Part shown: positions 1-11,797 of the stretch, piece by piece
How the letters are laid out: each line of letters starts with the position of its first letter
Position numbering within the stretch: the stretch's first letter is position 1
Source: Jimgerdemannia flammicorona
Lineage: Eukaryota
Direction: 5' to 3'
DNA: 40,448 bases
Assembly (NCBI GenBank): GCA_003990765.1
Contig: RBNJ01000122.1
Coordinates: 1-40,448 of the forward strand
The notes under the pieces: generated by a model
Told to the model about the DNA's origin: nothing
Database searches by the model: none
Seen by the model: only the letters and a program-made list of their open reading frames with translations
Translations under genes and position numbers: made by a program

Positions 1-1383
1 TGTTTTTTTTCTTTTGTTTTTTTTTTTTTTGAGATGTGTGTTTTTCCTTCTATAGCTTGTTTTCCACCTTCGGATGGCCGAAATTTTGTTACCCAAAATG
101 TCAATCACTTCGGCCTATTCCCGGAAATCGGGCCCAAAACCAGAGTCGAGCGCAGCATGTATATACCTGTTACACGACGTAGACAAGGTGGATGTTAACG
201 TCAGGGCCTTCGGTCTTAGTCCATTTGTTGGTCGTAAGTAGAAGGTGAGGAAAAAGGGGACGAAGAGTCTTAAAATCTAGCCCGTAAACTTGTGCTCGGT
301 ATTGATAGGGATATTATCCCACGTGCGTTTAGGTTTCCGTATCACAATGGACCTCCGGAAAAGTGGTCGCACCATTGCGGAGATAGATACATTCTACTAA
401 ACTTTAAGTGGGCAAACTGTAGGGCAGCTGGTAATTACGTTCTCCTACAACTTCCGACCAGTGGTGAACCAATTGGATCGATAGACAGTGTCGCGCGCTA
501 GTAAGAAAGGTACGATATGACTCTTTTTTCGACGTCGTTCGACACCCAATGGCAAAGTGAAGCCCAATTCAGGTAAGATACAATTCATGGAGATCCAAAA
601 GAATTTTTCCCCACCTGCGCGGTTCTTCCGGCTCACGCGAACGTCCCCACATACCTCACGATGACACTGTTGGTGGTATCGTGGGGGACAACATTTTCCC
701 GTCGCTTTAGATTCCGTTTTCGGGCCATCTCACGAACCGGCAGATCTGCAAATGCGAGAAAAATGTAACAGAGAAAATTGGCATCCTTGGCAGTATATTT
801 GGCAATTATTTAATAGGCCTTATCGGCAATGGGCAGAGTGCACAAAACCCCACAACACGTGAGAGTTTCTTGAGTTCCAGCATAGGTAAAAGTGTTTCAG
901 AAACCAGAACAAGAGATGTAATTGAGTAAATCTTTCGCTATTCGAGTGTCTTTTCTTCACGTCGCATGTTCCAAACTAACTGGATTGTTGCGCTTCGGCA
1001 TCAATGACAAGATTGAATTTGCTAACATGAGTTTTACAGGGGCTATAATATCTGTAAATGTATGCATAATTCATCACTTCGAGACGCAATTAATATCCGA
1101 CGTATGCATCAATTTCATAAATTCTTCGACTGTGACAACTCTTGTATTACAAGAAAAGATTTTAAGTCTTGGGGCAACGAAAATCGTAACGAAGACCAGA
1201 CGTAAATGAGGGCTTGGCTGAATTAGGTTTAAATTCCGCAGATCGTTTGCAGGGTGTGGCACACGAATCAAGATTTTAGCTCAGTAATAACGTTTGAGAC
1301 TCAGGTTGCGTTTCTCGTCACTATCACCTATATCAACGAGCACCACCTCAACGACCCTTGGGCATCTGATCAAAACTGCAACC

Positions 1384-2578
1384 ATGAATCATTCAACAAT
1401 TTCCCTTCTACGATGCCACACCACCCGCTGGAAAGGTTATCATCCCAACAGCAGCCAATTAGCCTGGCTCAACCAAAACTATGGAACTTACGGCTGGGCC
1501 GACTTCTACGAATTTCCAATAGTAGACAACGGCCACTTCACCGTCGCGTTCGCGTCGACAGCCCTCCTACTCAGCGTTATATGCCTTTACATCATTGCGC
1601 GCAAGACTTTTGTTGACTACAACAGCATTCGAGTATTTTGTGTAGTCATGGGCGTCATCGAAATCGGCTACGCTGTCTGCAACTTCCTTCGCATCTGGGC
1701 CTTGGTTCCTTATCTACCGTTCCAACTGCTGACGAGCGCGAGCATGCTCCTGTTTGCTGATCTGCTGGTCCTCATCACCATTAGCCTCGGCAATAAGTTC
1801 TACTTCCATCGGAACAGCCGTTCCGACCCATTCTACTATGTCACTATCACCACGACGGTGCTCTTGAACATTGCGGGCTTAATCGCCATTCTCATGAAAC
1901 ATCCCTTTTATTGCACTCTGGGCGAACAAGGAGAGGTGTGGTCAAGGATCGCGCAGTATTGCTGGCCCTTCTCGGTTTTTTTTGGATATGTGTGGGCCTT
2001 TTATCCAGTAGTCAGGATGAGGACGGGGGTCGACAACACGCCTTCGGCGGCCGTGGCCGTGGGAGCATGGTAAGTTTCTACAAAAATTATATTACGTGTC
2101 GTTTCCGCTTTTACCAATTCTAAAAAAAAAAAAAAAAAATTGAATATTCGCCATAGGTACCTGACTGGAATGGCTATACCGCTCTTGCTACATACGGTGT
2201 TAACAATTATGGCTGGTGAACTTCAGAAGGCAAACTATCAGCCAACGAAAATTACCTCGGAAGCCCTTGGGGTACTGCTCAAGTATGTATCGTATCTCGG
2301 AGGTCATATCACTGCGATCGTTGTTTGCATTGCGAACCCAGTTTTGCGCACGTTATAACCATCCGTCTACTATTATTTTTCGAAGGATGATCATCCTCGC
2401 ATTCTACTCCATCCCCCCTTCACAAAAAGTCATATTCTCTGTCAGGCAGCGATTTTTCAACAGCTCCATAATTGGAATCACCCACGATGTACCCAATACA
2501 CTCGCCCATACCAGCCGCGGCGATCACTTCGACATGCAATTGACGGAGAATGTCCGGCTGTCCGATGAGGAATCTTGA
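1384..2578 (+). CDS. Seven-transmembrane (GPCR-like) membrane protein, 3 exons: join(1384..2069,2157..2282,2386..2578), 334 aa
   Basis: ATG at 1384. Introns 2070-2156 (GTAAGT...CATAG) and 2283-2385 (GTATGT...CGAAG) join three ORF-track segments in frame (1005 nt). Seven hydrophobic segments run from HFTVAFASTALLLSVICLYIIA to EALGVLLKMIILAFYSIPP, followed by a polar C-terminal tail. Confidence 0.75.
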
Positions 2579-3155
2579 GGGACGACACCGACTTCGATCG
2601 CGTCTCCGACTCTCGCAATTGATACCAAGCTTCCCGTATGACTATTACAGCTGACGCGAGGTGGACGTCTGGCGGCGCAATGGTTCCAAAACGTGGTACT
2701 TTCGGCGCCCAACGCCCTTGGCTTTGCCTCCCATACGGGTAATTACAACATTATCCTACTTAACGACACGGATACCGAGGAACACACAGGGCGGAAATTC
2801 GTCACCTACAAGCACCAGAATTTATAGCAACGGCAGCGGAGTCCACCACGTGAATGCGTAGAGTGTGACGTGAGAGACGAGACTTTGAGACTACCTATAC
2901 AAAAGGTAGAATGATAGGATGGGATTGATATGTGTCGGGAAGCACGTTCTAAAAGTCCATTTTATTACACCTCGCACGTGGCATTAATTTCGGAACACCA
3001 TTAATTTCTTTGCATCCGACCGCCATCAACAGCGGCACTTTCCATTCAACTTTTTGTAAATATAATCACAAACGAATAGTGTTTTGCATTGGTATCCCCT
3101 GTTTGCCTTTAAATTTTTTTTTTTTTTTCTCGCGGTTGGTGCATGTTATATCTAG

Positions 3156-3935
3156 TGTAACGTGCCGGCTCAATGGAAAGGTTGGGGCTGCTATGTAGAT
3201 TGGCTTAAGCCCCCAGTTACTTTGTCAAAAAGCAACAAAATGTTCTCTCAAAGATAGATGCAAGTTCTGTTTCATGTAACATGGATGATTTTGGCAATTT
3301 CCTAATTAGGCAGCAAATTCCTAGATAGTGCAGAATTTCCTTAGATGGCAGATTTCTTGGCAAATAACTCAAATGACCCAGATTCTTCCTGAATTGGCAG
3401 ACTTCTTGAATAAAGCAGACTTCTCTTCTTTGTATCAGAAAGTAGACCAGAGTGAAAAAGGACATCAAGCTCACAATCTTCTAAAAGTAGCTTTAGAGTA
3501 GGTATTTCTTCTAAGTATTACAATTCTTTCTAGATCAAGTGACTCTTGGTAGGCATATCTCTCAAAGTATAGTAGGCAGACTTGTCTTTTACTTTTTGGT
3601 TTCAATTTCAGACTGAGGTTTATTCACTCTTATCTCTGGGGTATTTTATATAATTGTAGTTGTTATCTAGTTACTACATATATAGCTATTATAAAATATA
3701 TAGTAATACTATTTTGGTAAAAGGGTGATCAGGTATATCTACTGGACACAGGTGTGTCTGATGGACACAGGTGTGTCTGATGAATACAAGTGTGTCCTTA
3801 GGATATAGATCAACAAACCTGATTTAGTATCTTACTAATTATAAGTGATAGTATATATAAGTAACTAAATATAGGTAACTATACTATACTGAGTATTTAT
3901 ATCATCTGACTATACTATATTATTTGCTTATTACA
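3156..3935 (-). repeat. 3' LTR of family-1 Gypsy element (780 bp)
   Basis: TG...CA termini. Homologous to 7811-8239 and, inverted, to both ends of the solo LTR 27207-28734. TATA/AATAAA cassette at ~3611-3652. Confidence 0.8.
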
Positions 3936-3974
3936 TCAGCCTCCACTAAAGGATAGTCTGTCTCCAGACTGCTC

Positions 3975-4484
3975 TTTAGTTATTATTATAGTATTTATAG
4001 ATATCTTCAGTATCTATATCTATATTATAAACTTCTTTAGTATCTGAATCACTCTATTCTAGTAACTCTTTCTCTTTCTCAGAGAACAGAACTTCAACAT
4101 AATTGATAATGCTCAGATAGGTGAGCATAGTCATTATCTGGAAGTTATTTAGAGAGAACTAGACCTGAGTCAATACTGTAATATTTCATTTATAGATTGT
4201 ATAAAGTCTATTTATAGCAATAGTATTCTTTTATAACAGATTAGTAATATAGTAGATATAGATCTGTTCTGGAACTAGAAAGTTTTACAGTAGTTGATCA
4301 ATTATATAATAGGTCTGCAGTTGATGAATCTGTAGTAAGTATTTTGCTAAGATAAAGTTTCCTTAATATATCTGAATTTATTGAAAATAGGTTTCATTTC
4401 TTAGAACTGAGGCAAGAGAACTGATAGGGCTTGAAAAGAACTGAAGATAAGAGTCTGAAGATACTGGTCAATTCTCTGATTCAT
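3975..4484 (-). pseudogene. Decayed accessory ORF between integrase and 3' LTR (family 1)
   Basis: ATG at 4484, just after the integrase end. Hand translation gives MNQRIDQYLQTL...LQTYYIIDQLL...AINRLYTIYK*NITVLTQV*FSLNNF with stops and one frameshift. Motif order matches the LTR-borne ORF of element 2. Confidence 0.5.
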
Positions 4485-4489
4485 TATAT

Positions 4490-5270
4490 GAGTGGTATAT
4501 ATATCTTGAGATAATTGATATAGACTGAGGTTCTCAGAGTATATCTATCTATACTTCTTAAATAGATGCTAGTTTCTCTGATATTGTATACAAGATAAGA
4601 TTCTTCTTATTTAGGCTCTAGTTTGGCAGCAAAGTTTATTTTAATTATACTTCTCCAGACTAGTACTTTATCTCTAATTTTGATCTTCTAATTCTTTTAC
4701 TTCTAATTATAGTACTTCTTTTGTCTTTTCTGAATCTTGATTATCTAGCTCAGGCTTGATTATATAATTGTTCTGCTTTTTTAAAAAGGTCTCTGAGGTT
4801 CTTATGATCAGTAGTTCTGGTTCTTTTAATGAATATCATCTTGAATGACTTTTGTTTAGTAGAAGTAGTAGAGATATTTTAAATTTCCTATAGGATCTTA
4901 GATAAGTAGAGATTCTAGTTAGTAAGATTAACTTAGGCAAGTTCTTTCTTAATAGTCTAGTTTATTCATTCTATTATACCATTAGTTTGAGAGTAATATA
5001 ATGTGGTTTATTTGAAATAAATCTTGTAAATTTGAGTATAACTTTTTTTTTTTTTTTTTTTTAAGTATAACTTATAATATAATTATTGATAAATTCTATA
5101 TCTCAGTCAAAAATGAGTTCTTCTGAAGATCTATATCTGAGTGTGAGATTATGAAGAAGGTCAATAATAATCAAGGCATCAGTAATTTTCATTAAAAAAG
5201 CTTTGAGCCATTTAGTTAGATATTCTATAAATATTAGAATATATTTATTTCTTCTTAGTATACTGACAGA
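4490..5270 (-). pseudogene. Gypsy integrase remnant (catalytic core plus GPY/F module)
   Basis: Translates RNKYILIFIEYLTKWLKAF...RYRSSEELIFD*DIEF (rve core) and KIRDKVLVW...KLEPK*EESYLV (decayed KWEGPY). Confidence 0.85.
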
Positions 5271-5284
5271 TAGTGCTTACAAAA

Positions 5285-5680
5285 AACTGAATCAAGTCAA
5301 ATTGACTCTTAATTCAATTTGATACAAACTGAATCAAGGCTCAATTCAATTCAACTTTCATTTGATTTGACTTTCATTTAGTTTGGCTTTTGTTCAATTC
5401 AATTCAGCTTTTATTTGATTTCATCTTCATTTGATTTGACTTTCATTCAATTTGACTTTCATTCAATTCAACTTTCATTCAATTTGGCTTTTGTTCAATT
5501 TGATTTGGCTTTCATTTAACTTTAATTCAGTTTGATGTGAGTTATGTAACTTTCAGAATCACATACTTTAAGGATACCTGAATTAAATCAATTTGAATTA
5601 ATTCAATTTGGTTCCAAACCTGAGTTGAATTAATTCAATTCAGTTCTAAACCTGAATTGAATTGATTTGATTCAGTTCAC
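5285..5680. repeat. hAT subterminal tandem repeats (TTCAATTTGACTTTCA-like, probably ancestral TTCGATTCGGCTTTCG)
   Basis: Many short units alternate TTCAA/TTTGA/TTCAG/TTTGG at the same positions, as expected if CG decayed to CA or TG. Confidence 0.7.
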
Positions 5681-5869
5681 ATGCTATACTACTCATAATA
5701 AACACTCTCTTCCAATACATTAACTATATCAGAGGAACTGTTTTTACTACCACCACTACCTATAGAAGATACTAGAGCAGCCTTGGTGTCAGTAGATATA
5801 ACTTCAACAAGTACAAGTATAACAATCTAGTATAGAGAGAAGAAAAGAAAAAGGAAAAGAAAAACTATA

Positions 5870-7810
5870 TGAATGCTCTGAGATCTGGAAAGAATTTACA
5901 AAGATAGATAAAAATAGTGAAATGTAATCACTGTTTAGCAATATATAAATTTATAGATAGTTTAACAACAAATATGCAGGACCATTTTACTCAGAGTCAT
6001 AAAGTTAAATAAGTAGGAGTAATGGATTTATTTCTTTTACAAGTATTATTAATTTACTTTATCTTTTTTTTTTTTTTTTCTATTTTATTTATTATTACTT
6101 TAAATTTTCTTATTATAATAATAGTCAAAATTTAATGCACAATTATTTCAAGAGAAGTTTATTCACTGGATTATTTAGGATAATCAGCCTTTCACAGTTA
6201 TTGAAAATTCAGAACTGAGAGATATTTTTTACCTTTTGAAATTAGATATTACTATTCCTTCTACTGAAATGATTCAAAATGAAATCAGATCAACTTTCAA
6301 ACAAAGTTAGAATGCCATCAAAATTAAACTACAGATAAATCTTAATAGTTCAAATCTTAATTCAAATAATCTGAATTTAATTTAATTCTAATAATCTAAA
6401 TCTCATTTAATTTATTGGAAACTAGAATATACTAGATCAAATATTCTTTACTCTTGATACATAGATATTGCTGAATATATATGTATTTCTTAGAATTAAT
6501 GTACATTGAATCTATCAGAATTGACAACTCAATTCTATATTGATTGATTTTATTGAGCTGTCAGGATCTCACTTAGGTGAAAATCTTACTAATACCTTCT
6601 TGAAGTGTATTAAAGACTTTAGCATATAGACAAAAATATATATTTTTCAAAAAGAGTATTTTCATACTTTCAGATTATTGTTTGATATTTAAAAATTGTC
6701 TTATATTTTAAATTATTTACTTTAGGTATTGGTTATAATAATAGATAATACAATCAATAATAATGTTTTATTTCAAATAATTCATGAGGAGTTCAATTAT
6801 ATCAGTCTAAATCATCCATCAATACAATATATATAATGTATGGCTCATATCATTAATCTGACTGTTCAGGATTTTTTAATCTGTCTGAAGGCTGATCAAG
6901 ATACTTTTAATATAACTGAGGGTAGAGAAATTTCAAAACTTTGAATGATTGTTATAAAGATTCAATCATCTTTACTGTATCAAGAGAAATTTGTTAAGAA
7001 GTATAAAATATTTAGACTCAAACCAAAAGAACTTATTTTAGATATCAAAACTTAATAGAATTCAATATATTCTATGATTGAGTGGGCCTTAGAATTTTCA
7101 GATATAAGTCTTTTATTCATTTTTAAATTTGATTCAAAATTTGATTCAAAATTTGATTCAAATAATCTAATAAATTTATTTTCTATAATATATAGCCTTT
7201 AACTGCAACTGTTATTATAGACAAAGACTTAAAAAAATATGCTATTAGGAGCCATACTTGGGAAATATTGAAAGACACTATGGAAATTCTAAAGAGCTTC
7301 AAAATGGCAACAGATCTTGCTGCCTGAGAAAAATATCCAACAATCTATTCTACTGTTCTGATTTACAATTTCTTACTGAATATGTTGGAAGAGCATGATG
7401 AGAAGATTCGAAAAACTACAGATGAGCAATTAAATACTACTGGAGAGTAATTGAATACTATTCATCTGGTACTAATGGTGACTATTGATAAGTTGAAAAT
7501 ATATTATTCAATAACAGATATTCCAACTTATTATATTGATACTGATAAGTAAAATTTTGAAACTTAAGAACTATATGAATTTTACATTTTAAATTTTTAC
7601 ATTTTCAATTTATTTTTCTTTGAATATACCAGTACTTGACCCCAGACTTAAACTATCATATTATATATCTCATAAATGAGAGTCTGAATGGGTTGAGACT
7701 GTCAAGAGAGCTGTTTATATAACTTATGATGAAACCTATGCTCCTCTCCCTGGATCAGTTTATTAAGAACAGTCTAATATTATGGATACTGAAATCAATG
7801 ATATTGATAC
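5870..7810 (+). pseudogene. hAT transposase pseudogene (BED zinc finger plus DDE core), intron-containing, C-terminal dimerisation domain missing
   Basis: SEIWKEF...KCNHC...TTNMQDHF...H (BED finger); WII*DNQPFTVIE; FTLDT*I (DAWTS); SHLGENL; CMAHIINL (CxxH); DIKT**NSIY (DVxTRWNST); EKYPT; LDPRLK. Many premature stops. Confidence 0.9.
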
Positions 7811-8239
7811 ACCAGAGTAGAAAAGAATATTAAGCTTACAATCTCCTAAAAGTAGCTTTAGAGTAGATATTTCTCCTAAGTGTTCTGGATCAAGTGGCTC
7901 TTGGCAGATGTATCCCTCAAAGTATAGTAGGCAGACTTGTCTTTTGCTTTTTGGTTTCAATTTTTGACTGAGGTTTATTCACTCTTATCTCTGGGATATT
8001 TTATACAGTTATGGTTGCTATCTGATTACTATTTGACTAACTATAAAATGCACAGTAATGCTATTTTGAAAAGAGAGTGACCAGGTGTGTCTGATAGACA
8101 CAGGTGTATCCTTAAGACAAACCCAATTTGGTACCTTACTAATTATAAGTGGTGGCACATGTGGGTAACTAGGTATGGGTAACTATGCTATACTGAGTAT
8201 TCATGTCATCTGGCTATACTATGTTATTTGCTTGTCACA
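7811..8239 (-). repeat. Truncated 5' LTR of family-1 Gypsy element
   Basis: Aligns to 3446-3935 (ACCAGAGT...TTATTTGCTT(G/A)T(C/T)ACA). Followed by TSD CTAG. Confidence 0.8.
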
Positions 8240-9312
8240 CTAGTCATACATATTACTTGGCATTAAATTACAATGATGTAGAGGTCCTGTAAATAATATC
8301 AACTCCTTACAAATACGTAAATCTTTATTCATTAGCTGATATATGTTACTAATATATCTATATGAGAAAAATCGTAACAAAAGGTAAATGCCTGAATCTT
8401 ATTTTCGTTGGGCGTTATATAAAGCCTGTAAGACTTAGTTGTCGCTATGTTTCCATTTCCGGAGGACGAATAACATGCGAAGCCGTTAGAATGTCTTGCC
8501 AACTCGCAGAGTATTGCATTCAAGCAGCTTGAGCGCAATTCAAAGCAAACAAGACTAACTCCAAGTTCATGTTTGAAGTCAACTCGTGGTCAACAGTCAG
8601 ATTGTGTAAAAGGTAGTTGGGTATTAATGGCGATGCCAACCTTCAAATATGTCTTATTTCGAACGTTATCGTGAGCAGTTAAATAAAAGAGGGTTGTAAT
8701 ACGTATACACCTGGAAGCGTTTGAAATATGGTAGGTATTTGTGATCGCCAATTAAGATTAGCATTGTGCAATTAACCTAATTAACCTGAACCCCTCCCCC
8801 GCCCCATTTCCTAAATTGACCATGAGATAATGCCTCATCCCACACTTCGGTGAAACGTCACGCCGATAGATTTTATCTTCGCCCGCTTTCCCGTTATACC
8901 CTGTCGACGTAGTAATAATCCTCCCCGCCATCAAAAACCTTCACGCCATTCTTACTAATACCAAACGAACCAAACAAACTCTGTCACCTACGTCTTGCCG
9001 ACTATACCCTCGCCTTCCTCCGCGCACGAAGCGGCCACACCGAGCGCTGGTCAACCAATTAATGGCCCAAAATTACAACCTGTGGTATTTATATACTAAT
9101 CGATGATGAGGTTGTTCCGGTTCAAGGTCCCCGCGGCGTGAAACATATTCATAGGCGGACGAAGCGGGAAGGTTCATTACGTAAAGGCTCGGTATCACGT
9201 AACGCTGCTCTACACGACCACTGATCAATGATCACTGGTGCGGCGGTCGAATTGGGAGTGTGACAGACGAGAAACGAACGTGAGTTCCGTTGAGCTTTGG
9301 AAATTATAAAAT

Positions 9313-9361
<49 letters not shown>

Positions 9362-10867
9362 CATACCTTGTTGCCGATGATGAGATTGAGAAATCCACCA
9401 AGCCAGCAATGAAAGACCGGTAAGCTTCGTGGTTTTCAATTGATCCGATGTGCTGGACTTTGGTGATTTGTTGTCGACAATGTATCGGAGATGACGATGG
9501 TCAGCCTCGTGGTATCTTCGTCATATTTATCTCGAACCGGCCTCGATATGAGCTGTTCGTTCCTCTGGCGTTTCCGATGGTTATGTCATCCCGTTCTCCA
9601 TTGCATGTAGGCTTTTTCGTCGCCTTTGTCTTGCGGGTGAGGTTTTGCGAGGGAGGTTTGCGCGAGGGGTTGGCGAGGAGGAAGGCTGAAGGAGAAACTT
9701 GGCAGAGTAGAATGAGACTTTGGTGAGTTACAATAGAATATTTTGAGGTTCGTTGGCAGAGGAAATACCGGGCTGGGTTGGAATACAAGTGCCGTGCTAA
9801 ATTCTATGCAAGTCAAATTCAAAATACAAGCGAAGTGCTGGTTTGGAATGGGGCGTTGTACAGCCGTCCAATCAATTAATTGGGTCTGGTTGGTCAAATG
9901 TCTTTAACGGAACACTGGCAGTATCGGCTCGACCGCTTGCTAAACTTCCATGCTTGCACATCCGTGCCTTGCTGCCTTACCGGGACTGTATCGCTGCTCA
10001 TATCGTTATCTATTGCCCGCTTCGTTGACATCATCTTTCTTCTGTACTATTGGGTCTACCTCCCATCTATTTTTCGCATCGATTGTTTTGCTTCAGACTT
10101 GCATCTGCTATTGACAATAATCCTACCGCCACGGGTCACGACTATTGCGGGTATCGAGCTATCCGTCTGCTTCACTGGAATCAGTATCTGCATCACACCT
10201 ATAAAAATATATTACATTGATTCAAGCACGAGCCACATCGTCGTCGCTTGCGACCGACGATCGAATTTTTCTTTACTTCTATACTTTTATTCATTGCTGT
10301 GCTTCGATGCAACCCATGAGTCATCCATCTTGTGCAACTTTTCTTCTAATATTAATTTACCGTTTATAGTCTAGGGATCGCCGGTCGCAAGTGTCGTCAG
10401 CGTAGCCTATGCGGTCTTGTTTTTGTTTCTTCAGCGATTCATCCTGGGACTCCAGATCAGTTTTTTATTATTTGCATTCTGGGTCTCGACGTATTTGTCC
10501 ATCGTAACGTTGAGCAGTGTAACCCCCAACACATGGAATCGTGTCACGCATTCGCCGGCAGCTTGAGCACACATAATTGTCAGGTTTTAACCTGAACGAT
10601 ATCAACTTTAATCATAGTCCGCGACTATCAGGTAAAAAAAGCGCATATAAGCAAGCGAAAAAACCAGAAATAAATGTGGCAATTAGGTAAACAAGCCAGA
10701 ACCGCTTGAACCTCAACAGATGCGCCAAACATGCCAATAATGGCCAAACTCTAAAACGTGAGCATCTTAATTAAAACAAAACTGTTGACAATACTGGAAA
10801 TGGCGTGGTATAGAATGTGATAAGTTGAAGTGAAAGTTAATGTCCAATCCTCGGCGAGGTTTCTACC

Positions 10868-11797
10868 CTAGGAAAAAAATTCCATTTTCTCTTCATTGTC
10901 ACCATAAGCTTGAGGAAGAAAACAGTGACGGTATAAGCACCCCCCATGATAGCCAACGTGGAGGTCAGGATGTCCAAAACAATAATATAAGGCGAAGCCC
11001 ACACCAGAGTACACGAAACGCACGAATAGATCGCTGGGATGACACCAAAATGGTTGAGGTCGTCCGCGATGTGTTGTTAAGAAACAAATCCATATCCTGA
11101 ACTTGGAGCTAGAATTGTCGTAGCACGCCAAGTCATCCGAATACCAGTAGTAGAGGCTGTTGACAATTTGTAACGAAGTGATTTTGTTTGCGGGGGGGTC
11201 CCCACACGTATAATTCTGGCCACTCCTCAGCAGCTGGGAGAACTTCTGAACGACCAGCACGCCCAGCGAATCGCCGCTGCTCGTCGCGTTTTGCAGCATC
11301 GGAATACTATCCACCGTCTTTACCACGTTGAGCCAGATTGGGGAGGGCGGCGTCGTGGTGCTGTTGGCGCACGAGATCCGGTATTGCCATTCTTGCAACG
11401 GGACGGTGAACGGGAAGCCGCGGACAAAGACCCAGTTTATCTTGCAATTGGAGAGTGGCATGCCGGTGTATTGTAGATCGGATAGGAATACATATGTGAA
11501 TACCGAGGTTGAGAAGGTTTCGCCGATCGTGAAAAGTTTATTTTCACATCTCGCTTATATGTGTGGGGAGTAATGTAATGTTAGTCGATTTTAGATAGCA
11601 GCAGACCGTTGAAAAGCATATTGTTGTATGCGTACCTGGATCGTACGTATCCCTGAACTCAGAGGTGCAATAAGGGACCTTCCCCTTAGTTGCAACCACA
11701 AACGCTGCGGTGCCCACGAAAACGGCGACGAGAATGAATATCCCCAAGAACGAAATTCCCAATGGGAACTCCCGAAAGATGTTATAATTAAACTCAT
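10868..11797 (-). pseudogene. Two-TM membrane protein gene with Cys-containing extracellular loop, copy A (one intron ~11559-11636), frameshifted
   Basis: Inverted paralog of 38245-39205. Intron GTACGC...CTAAC...ATAAG. Relative to copy B it has a 13-nt deletion after the ATG, two 1-nt deletions near 11070-11102 and a 10-nt deletion near 10900. Confidence 0.7.

Larger units (their letters stand above)
5271..7810 (+). mobile_element. Truncated hAT-superfamily DNA transposon (left end plus most of transposase)
   Basis: Begins TAGTGCTTACAAAAAA where the integrase breaks off. Subterminal repeat array and hAT transposase motifs follow. The right end is absent and the sequence joins directly to LTR sequence at 7811. 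Confidence 0.85.
3156..8239 (-). mobile_element. Internally deleted Ty3/Gypsy LTR retrotransposon (family 1) containing a truncated hAT insertion
   Basis: Starts TGTAAC at 3156 and ends GTCACA at 8239. CTAG flanks both ends (3152-3155, 8240-8243). 7811-8239 is a direct repeat of 3446-3935. An integrase remnant lies on the minus strand. Confidence 0.8.

Noticed and set aside
1-1290. Short ORFs upstream of the 7-TM gene
   Set aside because: Mostly non-ATG starts with no recognisable motifs or consistent splice pattern; treated as intergenic/promoter.
5340-5530. Regular short repeats as a CRISPR array (also 25905-26250, 37559-37624)
   Set aside because: No unique spacers, eukaryotic context and no cas genes; these are tandem or subterminal repeats.
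9149-10510. Possible minus-strand gene or pseudogene (ORFs 9501-9897, donor-like AAG|GTATGC near 9366) and plus ORF 9880-10374
   Set aside because: No continuous spliced frame or recognisable domain could be assembled. A decayed gene cannot be excluded.
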